DNA of 60,085 nucleotides, the filler included, from Sluysia triapertura (lineage: Eukaryota), in the NCBI GenBank assembly GCA_046118255.1. It is 4 parts of 4 records of this genome, joined end to end, with 100 filler letters (N's around TTAATTAATTAA, not from the genome) between each part and the next. Parts side by side here need not be neighbours in the genome. Positions count along the whole stretch, not along the records: positions 1 to 18,350 come from JBJNIA010154159.1; positions 18,451 to 30,434 come from JBJNIA010150272.1; 2 more parts are not named here. One strand, 5' to 3'. The notes below the pieces were generated by a model. The model was not told the origin of the DNA and did not search any database. It saw nothing but the letters and a program-made list of their open reading frames with translations. The position numbers and the translations under genes are program-made. This document shows, one piece after another, positions 11,831 through 23,960 of this stretch. The stretch's first letter is position 1, and each line of letters starts with the position of its first letter.

Positions 11831-12578
11831 AAGAAAATTTTATTTAATACAAAATATATTCTTTCACATTTCCAATATTATTGTCAACTTTTATATATTT
11901 AAAAGAGTTATTTTGAGCGATCTATAGACTTGCACAACCCTATAATGATAACATAATAATAACCTTTATTATATCATTACAAAGTATCCAATTTTGACAA
12001 TATGCAATCATGTTCAATTCTGAAGATAAAATTTTTCATAAAAATTCATAAAACTTTAATAATAATAATAATAATGTAAAAAAATCAATAATTAAATTAT
12101 ACAAAATGTCAATATTTATAAATTTAAATGATAATTATAAAATAAAAATATAAACGAAAAGAAACTATTTAAAAGCTCCAGTATTCTCAGTAGCTTCGAA
12201 ATGCGATTGTAAAAAAAGCAGAATATGAATGTAGAATGACTCACTAACTCAAACGAGGTTATGGAATGAAATTCGGAAAATTATTGGTCAATAAAAATAC
12301 TATATATAGAGAGAGAGAAATTTTACATAATTACACATAATCTAACTTAGCCACATCTTACATTAACACGTAGAAGATATTAATTTTGTTATCTGAAAAT
12401 AAGTTCTATTAGCACCAATTGAAGTATCTTAAATATCTTAATAAAATTAAATTAAAATTCATTTATGTTTGCTTTGTATAAATATATCATTGTTTATATA
12501 AAAATATTTGTGTTTTATTTGTTCAGCACATTAGATCAATATAAGAATTCATTTCCAAGATTTGACACTAAGTATAAG

Positions 12579-13555
12579 TTACCCTTCGTTGCATCGAATA
12601 GAAGATGATTCCAAAGATTCATTTATTGATTTTGGTGGATATTTTATATAATACTCTCGCATGGCGTCTGTTAAGAATTCTGGCCATAATGCTATATCGT
12701 TTACAAATCTCATAGTTTCATTATTACTTTGAAATGATTTTAAATTTATTTTTTTCTCCTTTTGTTTCGTCTTCACAAACGTAATTGCTTGGTTTTTCCT
12801 GCTGGTCTTTTTGCAGAATAGTTTCGAATGATGTTTCTGGAGTTTGAGCAGGTGAAATTTGTGAAACTGATGACGATTGTTGTAATTGTTCTCCATGTGC
12901 AGTTAAAAATTTGTCCAACGATCTTTTCATTTGTTTCGCCACTTTATCTCGATATGCTTTTCGTTTTCTTTTTTCATTTCCACTTAAATGTTTATAGGAA
13001 CTCATTTTAAAGACCACGTGCTAAAAAGAAGAAAATGATCTTCAATTAAATTTATTTTTACTCAATATCACAATCCAAACAAAATCACAATTTATGGTAT
13101 TTTACATTATATATTATTTTAATTAAATAATGTAATACTTGCATTTTTATTTTATGAATTCCAGAAAGTATTAACTATGAATCCAAAACAATCTATTAAT
13201 TGCACAAAACAGTCTTAATTGCACTATTTTCAATCACAACTCACTAAGATGCAATGCGTTCAGGAGACACTGATTTTAAATAGCTATGTTTGACTTTTTA
13301 AACACGTGCATAGTTAAGGCTCGGTAGTATTTTATTTACACACATCAACATTCGCGGGCATGGATGCATAAGCACGGGAACGCTCGTCCACACTTGTCGA
13401 CTTCATCAATCAACGATTCAACATAATTTGATACGTTTCAGTTAAATTAAAATAAATAAAAATTAATTATAAAAATTAAAAATCTTAATTTCTGGCCCCA
13501 AAAATTACGAGTCCTAGGCACGTGCCTAGGTTGCCTAGGCCTTAATCCGCCCCCG
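12579..13555 (-). mobile_element. hAT (Tip100/ZMYM1-like) transposon, 5' end
   Basis: N-terminus MSSYKHLSGNEKRKRK...SLDKFL and frameshifted DIALWP. Terminus (C)GGGGGCGGATTAAGGCCTAGGCAACCTAGGCACGTGCCTAGG with a perfect 18-bp palindrome at 13513-13530. Confidence 0.8.
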
Positions 13556-13599
13556 ATTATAACTTTAAAAAGGTTTAAGATAAATGCTGTCAAGTGGTG

Positions 13600-14255
13600 T
13601 CTCCACTTTCGAAATTAATTCGTTCTGGAAGTCATTTCTAAGTACAGCTTCATTTTCCTTGTAACTGCCCTAATTGATTCCAAGCTTCCAAAATTCAAAT
13701 ATAATGCCTTAAACTCCTGGTGTGGTTCTTGCGCCGAATTTACCTCGTCTGCATCCTCCTTCAGGAGGTCTTTTCGAAAATTATGGTCTCGGTCAAAGTA
13801 TTCCCACCTATCTCTTTCTCCTTTATCCACAACCTCTCCATCTCATCGTTCATTGTGGACCTCCTCTTCGAAATGACAGAGAGACCTTTGGAATGAGCCC
13901 TAGCTTTTAGGGGTTCTTTTTGTTTTAATATCGTACCTATTGTAGATGAATTACGTCCATATTCTTTGGCTAGATCAACCAAATGCATCCCTTTTTCGTG
14001 CTTTTCTATTATCTCTTCCTTTGTTTGTATGGACAAAACATCTCTCTTCCTCTTCTCACCACTTTCTTCGGATCCATAGTTCGACTAATTCAAATCTTTA
14101 TTAAAATCTGAAAACTCAAATATTTAAACAAAAGTAAGCATTAATTATTTTGAAGTTTTCACCTTTCGTATCCTGAAATTTCTTTTCTAACTAGAGGTAA
14201 TATTAATATATAGTAATCTGAAAATTTCGTGTCTAAAGCCTTTTGTAAGTAGAGA
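13600..14255 (-). mobile_element. Tigger/pogo transposon, 5' portion (copy 2)
   Basis: SIQTKEEIIEKHEKGMHLVDLAKEYGRNSSTIGTILKQKE...MERLWIKEKEIGG; closely similar to 3190-3759. Confidence 0.88.
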
Positions 14256-14584
14256 TAATAAATCGAATTATAAATTTAACTTTGAATAAATATTTACGAT
14301 AATAGTTCATGATTAGTCGACATAAATCAATTATAAGGTTCAAAGTGATAAAGTTTTGTAAAAAAAATACAAATTTTTACATTAATAATAAAGTAATATT
14401 TTCATTGAAATCTTAAAAAAAATAAAATAACAATGAGAATTAATTAGTAAATTAAATGATTATAACAATATAAAATATAATTTCAGTAAAATTAAAAGCA
14501 TCTTTATCTTGCAGATTAAGCGCTTTCGAATATTTATTTGACAGTAGATATTAGAGCAATGTAAATTAATATTTTATTAATATA

Positions 14585-15195
14585 CAGGGTGATTGAAATA
14601 CCGTAATATGTTTCTCAGCTTTTGTGTATATCTTACTTACTGTATGGAAATTTAAACTAACCTCTCGTTCCTTTTGCATATTTGTTTTAATTAATTTGTT
14701 TGAAACTTCAAACCCTACAAAAATGGTTGGACGTCTTATACCACAGGAACGTGCCCAGGTAGCTGTTGTTCAAGCACAAAGCTCCTTCACACTTTGCTAC
14801 CATTGTTCGAGAATGGCTGAATGATAAATTTCCTGGAAGATTGATGTATCGTCGTGGTTCGCACGAATGACCATCCAGAAGTCATGACTTAACACCATGC
14901 GACTTCTTTCTCTGGGATTGATTGAAAGAGCAAGTTTACTCAACCAAACCAAGAAATTTGGAAGAACTTGAAGGGCGAAAACGTGGTGTTATATCTTTCA
15001 TTCTTGTGAAATTAATTAATGCGATTCCTGGTCGATGTGAAGAACTGATGGCGAATGGTGGTGCCTATATTGAATTTTAAATAAAGTCCATGCAAGAAAT
15101 TGTATTGATTTTTTAACTTTTATAATGTGACTTTTAATTTTATATATAAACAACTAAATTTACATTATTAAAACAAGTATATTGCAATAAATCTG
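14585..15195 (+). mobile_element. Internally deleted Tc1/mariner (Tc3/DUF4817-like) element
   Basis: TA + CAGGGTG terminus at 14583-14591. MVGRLIPQERAQVA start joined to WLNDKFPGR...PSRSHDLTPCDFFLWD..KEQVYSTKPRNLEELE. Right end approximate. Confidence 0.8.
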
Positions 15196-15363
15196 ATGAC
15201 TGGTGATGGTATGAATAGGTATACATCAAACTGTGGTATGCTTATTAATAAATATAATATAAATGAAAAGAAAATAAATGCCAAAACATATGTGAACAAA
15301 TGTATCAGAAGAACGAAATAAATAGATAATAACAAGCTAACAATAAATGCAAAATAAATTTAG

Positions 15364-15830
15364 TAAGGCTGGGACTTTTAAGGATTTTCCTGCACCGATG
15401 CACCGGGAACAGCCCTACTCAATAATTAAAATCTCACTGAATGATTTAATAATAATGTATTATTCAGTTAAATATAATATAATAAAAACAAGAATGAAAT
15501 TACAACGTAACGTTACGAATTTCGATGACTTTTTAATAAAATAAAGGTAGAACCAGATGTATATAAGTATATTATATAGTATAAAATGAAACACCTACGA
15601 ACAACTATTATTCCACAATTAGACATGTTTTGTATTATAAAACATTGATTACCCAATTAGAACTTTATTGTGAATATTACAGAATTTTATTTCAAAAAAC
15701 ACTCAAGAAGGATAATGAAAGTTCATGATTTTAAAGACCACTATACTGTCATTTATTTATCGATCATGTTCATAAGATAAAATCAGGTGTACCTAAATAA
15801 AAAACCGGTGCACCTATGCACCGAGAACCG
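15364..15830. mobile_element. Probable hAT-type terminal region
   Basis: TAAGGCTGGGACTTT terminus-like sequence plus repeated tgcacc(g/t)atgcaccg subterminal motifs at about 15391 and 15808. Confidence 0.45.
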
Positions 15831-15865
15831 TAATATTTAATATTAGTCAATTATATTATTCTAAC

Positions 15866-16285
15866 CTTCAAGTGAATAATTCTCGTCATCATAACTATCA
15901 TCATTATTATAATCATCAATATTGTCATCATCGTTTTTATTTTCGTTCTTTTCATTTACTTCATTAATAGGAACATTTTCAGATTTCAATTTTTCAAAAT
16001 TAGAATTTTTGAGTTTAATTTGTTCTTCAATTTCAGTAATACTAATTCCTTCATCTTGTTTTGTGACTGGATCAATAGGTTCACCCCATACATATGGATG
16101 ATTGCTAAAAGTACAATGCCGGGAACAACAGCAATTTGGCGGATGGTTTCTATGCATAGTTACTGCATTGTTTGATATTGCGTTGTCAATATTATTATGA
16201 TCAGTTTCTGTTTTTATTTGAGATTTATCAATGTCATTACTATTACTATCATCGGCAGTATCAGAAGACATTTCAGTTTGTTTTT
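15866..16285 (-). CDS. Internal exon (420 nt, phase 1/1) of an unidentified gene
   Basis: Stop-free 140-codon segment with a central HPPNCCCSRHC..HPYVWGEPIDPV motif and an acidic tail. ttatttag acceptor and gttaga donor with matching phases. Confidence 0.6.
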
Positions 16286-16664
16286 CTAAATAATAAGTAG
16301 TATTATCATTATTATTATATGTTTCTAGTTCTTTATATTAAATAATTATATCTATAAGTAATTAAACCTATAATACTAAATTATAATATCTAGAGTTATT
16401 TCATGTTTGTATTTGTTCATACAAGATTTAATTGTGGAATGAAATGATAAACTTCCAATGTAAGTGAAATTTGGAGCATAAGAAAGATTTAATTATTTTG
16501 TGGAAAATGTCAAAATGGAGTTAAATATCGAGATTTATTTTTGTATAAAAGAGAAACATTTTGGAATAAATCTAAGGAATAAAAAGATAAAATCGCATAG
16601 TGTCGAAACTGATATTTTACAATGAAGTAGTAGTAAATAATAATGATTAGAATGGGATGATTAA

Positions 16665-16887
16665 CACATTATGAGCGGGTAGCCTAACAGACCTAACTAG
16701 AGTATGTACCGGGCAAAAATCGAAGATATGCAAAATAATATTCGTATTTATTTAAATATCGCACATGAGAGCCAACTGTTACTAATACTTTGCCCGCTTT
16801 TAAAAAATATCTTCAAATGACATACTCATCCGTCCTTAAGTGACAGTCCATAAAACGGGTACTAATACCCACCCCGCTCATAATATG
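16665..16887. mobile_element. piggyBac-type MITE (223 bp)
   Basis: TTAA at 16661-16664 and 16888-16891; TIRs cacattatgagcggg / cccgctcataatatg. Confidence 0.88.
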
Positions 16888-18350
16888 TTAATTTGATATA
16901 TAATAAATTCCATATAATTTTCTCTAATAAATGCAGGAAAAAGTATAATTAAGATTCTGCATGCTCAAAGCTAGTACAAAAGATAAAAACGAAATTTTTA
17001 ATTAATAAATTAACACACAAGAGAGATAAAATAATTTTAATTTACACATTAAGTATAATTATTGGTTTAATTTTGACGATATTATATTTAATTTTGGTTT
17101 TAATTACTTGGCAGATATTTTACATAGTAGGTTTTTATGCTAAAGAAAAGTGCTACAAGAGAGGATGCTTAATCTTACCTTACCAATAAATAATTCGATC
17201 GGATGAGTTCACCTAAGATCCTGGACTTTCAAGTTACGGCTAGTCCGTAGGATTTGAGTGGAAATAAGTCTTAGCTAATGCGGTGGAGGTCAATTATATT
17301 TGACTATTTACTTTAACGTGAATTTAATTCTAATTTGGAATTTATTTATTCAAGAACTGGTATTTATGGTGAAATTATGCCTTGAATTAAACTCTTAATC
17401 TTTCAAGCGAAATTAATTGAGTTTGGACCTTTATAACAGATTTTATCTCCGATTAATAGCGAGGTTAAATGTGTTGTAAAATTTTACTCAGGTTCTATTT
17501 AAACAGAACTTATAAAATGAATAGTTAGTATTTGGTTTTAAAAACCAAGATCAAGTATCGATATAATAAATTTACAAAAAAGGCGACCACATAAATTACA
17601 ATAATTTGTAAAAGAATTATATAAAAGAATTTTATTGATTATAAAAATTTATAGTAAAATTAACAAAATATTCAATTTAAGAGATAGATTAGAAATTTCA
17701 GTTTATAAAAATTTACAGTAAAAACTCAAATTTATAAATGTACAATGATTAGAACGGCTGCAATATAAAAACAAAATTCAATTTAGTCCAAGATTGACTT
17801 GATACTTAATGATAACGCAATTTTGATAAGATTGCCGAGTGAGCTCTGTAATCTTTGGTTGATAAATTTTAAAAATTTTCATGCTACATCAGTTTAAAAG
17901 ATCTTTAAATATTATTAAATTATGTTAAGTAAATTTTTGTTAACGTTTAATACTAATAACTTATACAGAAAAACAAACGATTAAGAACTAAGAGATATTG
18001 TAATCGTGAATTCTTCAGAGAAATACTCTTTTGTAAATTGCAAGGTTGATTATTCCAAAAACAATTCAATTTATCAAAAATCAATTAAATGCATAAACTT
18101 GCTGAGTCAACTGTTTTAAAAATTTTGTATACACTATTTAATTTGTTAAGTTATTGTGTTCGATCGTGTGAACAACAGTACTTTATATAATATTTTTTTG
18201 ATATTTAAAAAGTATATTATCATTTCTTTTTAAATTGTGCTTCTTTAATTTCTAAAAATTATTTAAATTATTGTAACAATGGTTTGCTGTACTCAATTTC
18301 AGATAGAAAAGTGAAAAAATTACAATTAATAATTAATCAAGCAGCAAGAC

Positions 18351-18450
18351 NNNNNNNNNNNNNNNNNNNNNNNNNNNNNNNNNNNNNNNNNNNNTTAATT
18401 AATTAANNNNNNNNNNNNNNNNNNNNNNNNNNNNNNNNNNNNNNNNNNNN
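18351..18450. other. Artificial assembly spacer N44-TTAATTAATTAA-N44
   Basis: The 12-mer encodes stops in all six frames; identical structure at three gaps. Confidence 0.98.
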
Positions 18451-19469
18451 GGCGTGTAAGATTTGTTAGTATGTATTAAGGATATGAAGAAAATTGTTTA
18501 TTATTCTTAAAATGTAATCATAGTCTTAAATATATATATAGGTCTCATGATGTTGACGGTTTTCTGTTATTATTTAGTAATATTCAGCAACATTACCAGA
18601 TTAGGTTGGTATATTCGGTCGGTCATAACATTCGAATGATTTCCTTTTTTCTTGTATAAGTAGGATTTTGCTATCACAGTGAATGCTTTTTAAGAAGATG
18701 GACGGTCATAAAATTCTTAAACAGTGTGATCGTCGGAGGCATATGCATGGTAATCATATAACCATCATGGATATGTGATTGCGGATCATAGCAGATGTTG
18801 TAGTGGCACGTGACCCACTTTTCCCATAATTGACCATTAAAATCGACTTTAACTACTTAAAATAAAAGCCCGAATAAGTACTCTAAGTTCTATTGATGTG
18901 CAAATACAATAGACGTCATAAATTAAAAACTATAAAAATCTTTTTCTAATTAATTAACACCAAATCTGAATTTATTTTAATACTCAGTATACCCACTCAG
19001 AACGATCTATGCCAATCCATAATAAGTGCGACATTACTATCTACTTTATTAATAATATTATAATAATTATCATTATTCAATTTCTTTTAATTACAAAATC
19101 ATATTTTAGATGGCCGTTGCATTTATTTTTAATGTATCTAACTATCTTATAATCTTAACTTAAGTTATACGTTATAACATGATTTATGTTAGAGTTCTAG
19201 TTTAAAATCCCTCAAATTAGTAATTCTTAGAAGATTTATTTATCCACGAAAAATAAATTATTGTTATTTTCTTATTTGTTTTTGAATATTACAATAATAT
19301 CGAAGTGGAGTCAAAATCGTAGTAATCAAATTGTTATTTATTTCTACGGCATGATAAATTTATTATATTTAATCTCCCTCCATATTATAATGATACTACC
19401 AAACATGTTTGGTTCTCTAATAATTTATATTCATTTTATCTTGTACTATGGTTGTACATTAGTGTTAGA

Positions 19470-20700
19470 TTGTAACACTGAGCAACAAGTGTTAGGGTTA
19501 TCGCTGCGTTCAGTGGATCGATTCGATTAACATTAGAGGTGCTGTGTCCAGGAAGCAGGTGACGTATTTTTTAATTTATATTTGATATTTAAGATCAAAT
19601 AATAAAAATAACACTAAATTACTCTGAATTAGATAAGCAACAACGTGGACACTTACAGATAATTCGTTTATGCTTTCGTTTAACTTGTCCATCATTAAGC
19701 GTTATGGATTTATTTGTTTGATAAATATTTAAAAAAATAAACTTTATACCTTAAATAATGCAACAAAATATTGATGAAGGATTAATTATAATTATTAGAA
19801 TCATCTGAAAAGATTTACTTTAAAATTTGTATTTATTACATTTGATTAAATATTATAAACAAAAGAATAAGTTTAAATGTCAAAATAAATTTGTTTTTTT
19901 GATAATCTCTGATCACGCTTACTTTTATAAATGGGTAAATTTTATTTGTATTTCATATTGTTCTAATTGATACAAATTTTTAAAAATTGATAGAAAAATT
20001 TTGCTTGACATTAATGTCTCTACCTATGAAATTAAATTTAATGAATTAAATGTTGCAGTTTTCGAAGAATGACAATGGCATTTTCTGATATACTATTTTC
20101 TTTTTAAATTAATAGTGTTGCCAAAGATAATGGCTGCTGTGGAGCCGAAGTAATTAAAAGAATTCAAAATTATTTAATCCAGATGTAAGGAAAGAAAAAG
20201 ATATGCTGCTGGACAAAAATGGATTATATAGTTAAATATTAAGAACCGAAAAAAGAAATAATAATAGTTAAAAAAGTGATAATGCAGATAATTTTAAAGG
20301 TCGCAGTTACATTAAGGAAAACGAATTTCCAAGATTTGACAATAAATATTTAAGAAATGAAGATCATACTGATCCTAAAAGATTCGGGAATAGTTCCGAA
20401 TACAAAAGAAATAATTCATTTAAATTCAAAATAATTCCAGTTATGGGGAAGGCACAAAGAACACTACTTATAGAGGGAATAATAATTTTAGTTGTAGGGC
20501 ATGCGAGAAGAGATAAATCAAGAAATAATTTAGATAATTTAGGTTTTCTAACAACATTAATAATAAGATTCAAACTAATATATTTATAATAATTGTGGAG
20601 AACAAAGACAGCATTCTAGGAATTGTAATAAATTAAGATCGAATATTTTAAATAAAAATCTTGCTAAGTACCAAAGCCCTATCGGAAGGTCAGGTGTAAT
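19470..20700 (+). mobile_element. Decayed LTR retrotransposon 5' region (PBS-like site and gag remnant)
   Basis: ttaaCA at 19532 is followed by ggtgctgtgtccagga (14/16 match to the tRNA-His-type PBS GGTGCCGTGACCAGGA). Downstream is an N/R/K-rich broken ORF with a degenerate zinc knuckle YNNCGEQRQHSRNC (20585-20626). Confidence 0.45.
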
Positions 20701-23129
20701 GAAAATAGTAATAAGAATAACATTAAAAGACAAATAAAGTATAATTACGATAGATAATAATGATTTAATTTGGATATAATAAAAAAGATGTTGCTGTGAC
20801 TCTTATCTTTTTGTCTACTCGCAATTATAAATATTAATAATATTATGTGCTCGCCTGCAATCTTGTGATTTGTATTCTAATGGAAGACACAGTTACAGGA
20901 TTTAGTCGAAAAATCTGCGTGTGATAATTCTTAAATCAATGCTTGTCAGTAAAACTATCTGTTAATACTTATTTTTTAAATTAAGGTCTTTTCTAAAATT
21001 TAATCTTTTAAATTAATTTTAAAACAAAAACAAATACCAAACTGAAAATTTATTAAATAAATAATTTACCAAAAAATTTATTTTTATAAGTTCGTACGAA
21101 AAATATGTATAATATAATAAGAATAAATTGAAATTAAGGTCTTTCTCCTTAATTATTTTAAAGGATTTTAATTAAACATTAGATTGAGTCAGGAGTTATA
21201 CTTGGCTAATATTGTAATATTTTAAGTGAGATTTTGAAACTAAATTTATCAAAGTCTGATCCTAACAAGAATTAACTTACGATTGTATGGACAATGTTTC
21301 CTATTTGAATGTTGATGGTTTTATAGAACTGTCAATAAATTGATAGAAGAATGCGTCAAATTGTATCTTGGTAAAATTTTGTTTGTTGATTAAGATTAAC
21401 TCTCGTGTGAGTGAATGTTGTCTAGTTTTATTGCTTTTCTCATCATAAAAATATTTTATTATTCGTCTTTTATCTATTTTACTATTAAGTAACTATATAA
21501 TTAAAAATAAAAATACAATTAAAATGTTTGTATCCAAAATATTAACTTTTATTTTAATAATTAATATTTTCTAAAATTTTTATTAATTCTAAACTATAAT
21601 ATATTTATATTTATTTTTATTAAGAAAAAAGTAAATAAATATTAGCAAATAATTATATACACTTACAATATTAGTTAAGATTAGTCACTCTATGTATTGA
21701 TGATAGATTAAAGCAAGAAAATTGGATAAATTGAAAGAATTGAAATGTTACTGTGAAATTATCAATTACTTCAGTGGTTGAGGAAATTATTGAATTAATT
21801 AAATTAAATGATCCGCCTATTGTCATGCTTTTATGATAGAAAATCATGACCTGACGATGAAAGATTATGTTGCCCGTAATAAGGCTATTGTAATTTGGTT
21901 CGCAATAAGGATAATTTTTTATGAAGCAGCTGATGATAATTGTTTTATCGAGCATAATTGTTTTATCGAGTGATGATAGGATTCTTAAGATTTGGGGTGC
22001 GTAGAAATATTTAGTAGAACCTATTCGGGTCATGTTGTTAAATCAAAAGGGCTTAGAGATGAAATCAATTGTCATGTCTGGATCTAAAGTTAAATTATTG
22101 ATAAAAATAATAATAAAATTTATGGAATTTATGAAATCAATAATAAAAAATTAGAATTAAAAATAATAATAAAAGCAGTTATAGTGATAAAATTTATAAT
22201 AATAGTTAATAATGCAATTATTGATATTATTAAAAATTAATGGAAATAATAGTGATAATATTAAAAATGATAAAGGGATAAATAAGCTAGATAAGAAAGA
22301 TGGTATTGAAGCATTGTTGTTTACGTAGGATATTTTTAGGTAGCATAGGAAAAAGTCTATGAAAACCTTATAATGTTTAATATATAAAATTGATAAAAGT
22401 ACATTTGTTAATTAATTTAATTAAAAAATTAACATACATTTTTTAAAATAACTTGGATTGAAATGATATTTTCGGAATGCATCTTATTCGATTAAAAGTA
22501 AACTACAATGAATTCTTCTCTGTAATGATCTCTTTGAATGTCGCTTGTTTCATGTTATATTGGCTGCAGAATTAAGACAACGTACAAAACATGTTTATGT
22601 TCAGAATTATTGGATTAGAACCAAACCATTGATATATTCTGTGATAATGGTTTCTCGAGACATTATTGATATATTCAATCGCTTAAATTTAAGTTATAAT
22701 TTAAATAAAGCTATCCTTTATCGAGTATTCAATTAAACTTTCAAACTTGGGTTCTGCGTAAGATTGAAATATATGCTTTGCGGATTTTGGCTAAAGATTA
22801 GGTCTTACGATTTTAAAATAGGATTCGCAAAAAAGATTTTATGAAGCTCTATTATAAGTGTTAAAATTATCTGGGTTATTTTTTAATCCTCTTTAAAATG
22901 GATTTTGAAATGGACGCTGAGAATTAACAATGAATGAGTAATACCAAATTAATATTTAGCAAGTCGCACAAGAATTAATGCAATAAAGTTTGTATAAATA
23001 ATTGTTAAAAAGACGCTTTACTAAACTGAAGCTCTTTAATTGATATAAATTGATTTTACTGAAAAATAATTTACGAGGAAATTTAAACATATTTTGTGTT
23101 TTTAACAATACAAAATCGAACGTATGTCT

Positions 23130-23960
23130 GGTAATACAGAAAATATCGAAGTCCGAAATGAGAATTAATCAAATGTAGTCGAAATTATCATCGTAAATAA
23201 TTCAGCCAATAGTGGTACAAACAGTCGAGCTGAAAAATATGATTAAATAAATTAACCATTTCGCTGCTCTACTCGTATATATTCGTAAAAATAATGTGTC
23301 TCATACGCTCTAGGCGAGTATTTTCACATCATGCTTTCGTAAGTTCATAAGAATTAATAAATTTATTTTTATCAGATACGTCAGAATCATTCTCCCATGT
23401 GTTTTGATATTAGAATTAGTAGAAGTAGAACAATTACTTCTGGAATTATTTTCGTAACTACAATTTGCTCGTCCTAATTGTATAAACTGAGAACGTAGTA
23501 AAACTTGATCAATACGGATTTCCAAACACAAATAATCAGAATTGCGATTAGATGTTACTTTCACAAATACTGTCGAGTTCTTCATTTTATCTAATATACT
23601 GTCGAAATATGAAACTGGTTGAACTTGATATTCTGGCCATATTCTTAAAGGCAACATGGGCATGGAACTTCGTGATTAACAATTCTCTTTCTTTGTTGTT
23701 GTTTGTTCTATATCAATCATGAAACATGGAGAATCATCGGATCTTTTTGACAAACGAATTTTTAAAGATCGACAAGTCATGGCTTGTTTTATTGTTTTTA
23801 ACAAAAATTCTGAAATAACTTCAACAATAATTTAATTATTTTCATTACTGTATCCTTTCATAGTCAAATTTCCAATTGAAATTTGATAACTGAAAACTCT
23901 TATTTGTTACTTGAATTTTAATCTCATAAATATTTTTGTAACGATCAAAGTATTAATGTG
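23130..23960 (-). pseudogene. HUS1: HUS1 checkpoint clamp pseudogene (disabled, no introns apparent)
   Basis: MKGYSNENN*IIVEVISEFLLKTIKQAMTCRSLKIRLSKRSDDSPCFMIDIE..RIVNHEVP..LPLRIWPEYQ..SILDKMKN..LEIRIDQVLLRSQFIQLG parallels HUS1 (MEGVSAENNEIYLELTSENL..RALKIKLTNK..PCL..RIVTHDIP..SVVEKMKN..HFKDLG). Stop at 23832-23834 plus frameshifts. Ends approximate. Confidence 0.85.

Noticed and set aside
17140-17520. rRNA- or group I intron-like appearance
   Set aside because: No conserved rRNA or P/Q/R/S motifs could be aligned; more likely an unclassified repeat.
18395-18406. TTAATTAATTAA palindrome as a biological site
   Set aside because: Flanked by exactly 44 N on each side at all three gaps, so it is synthetic.
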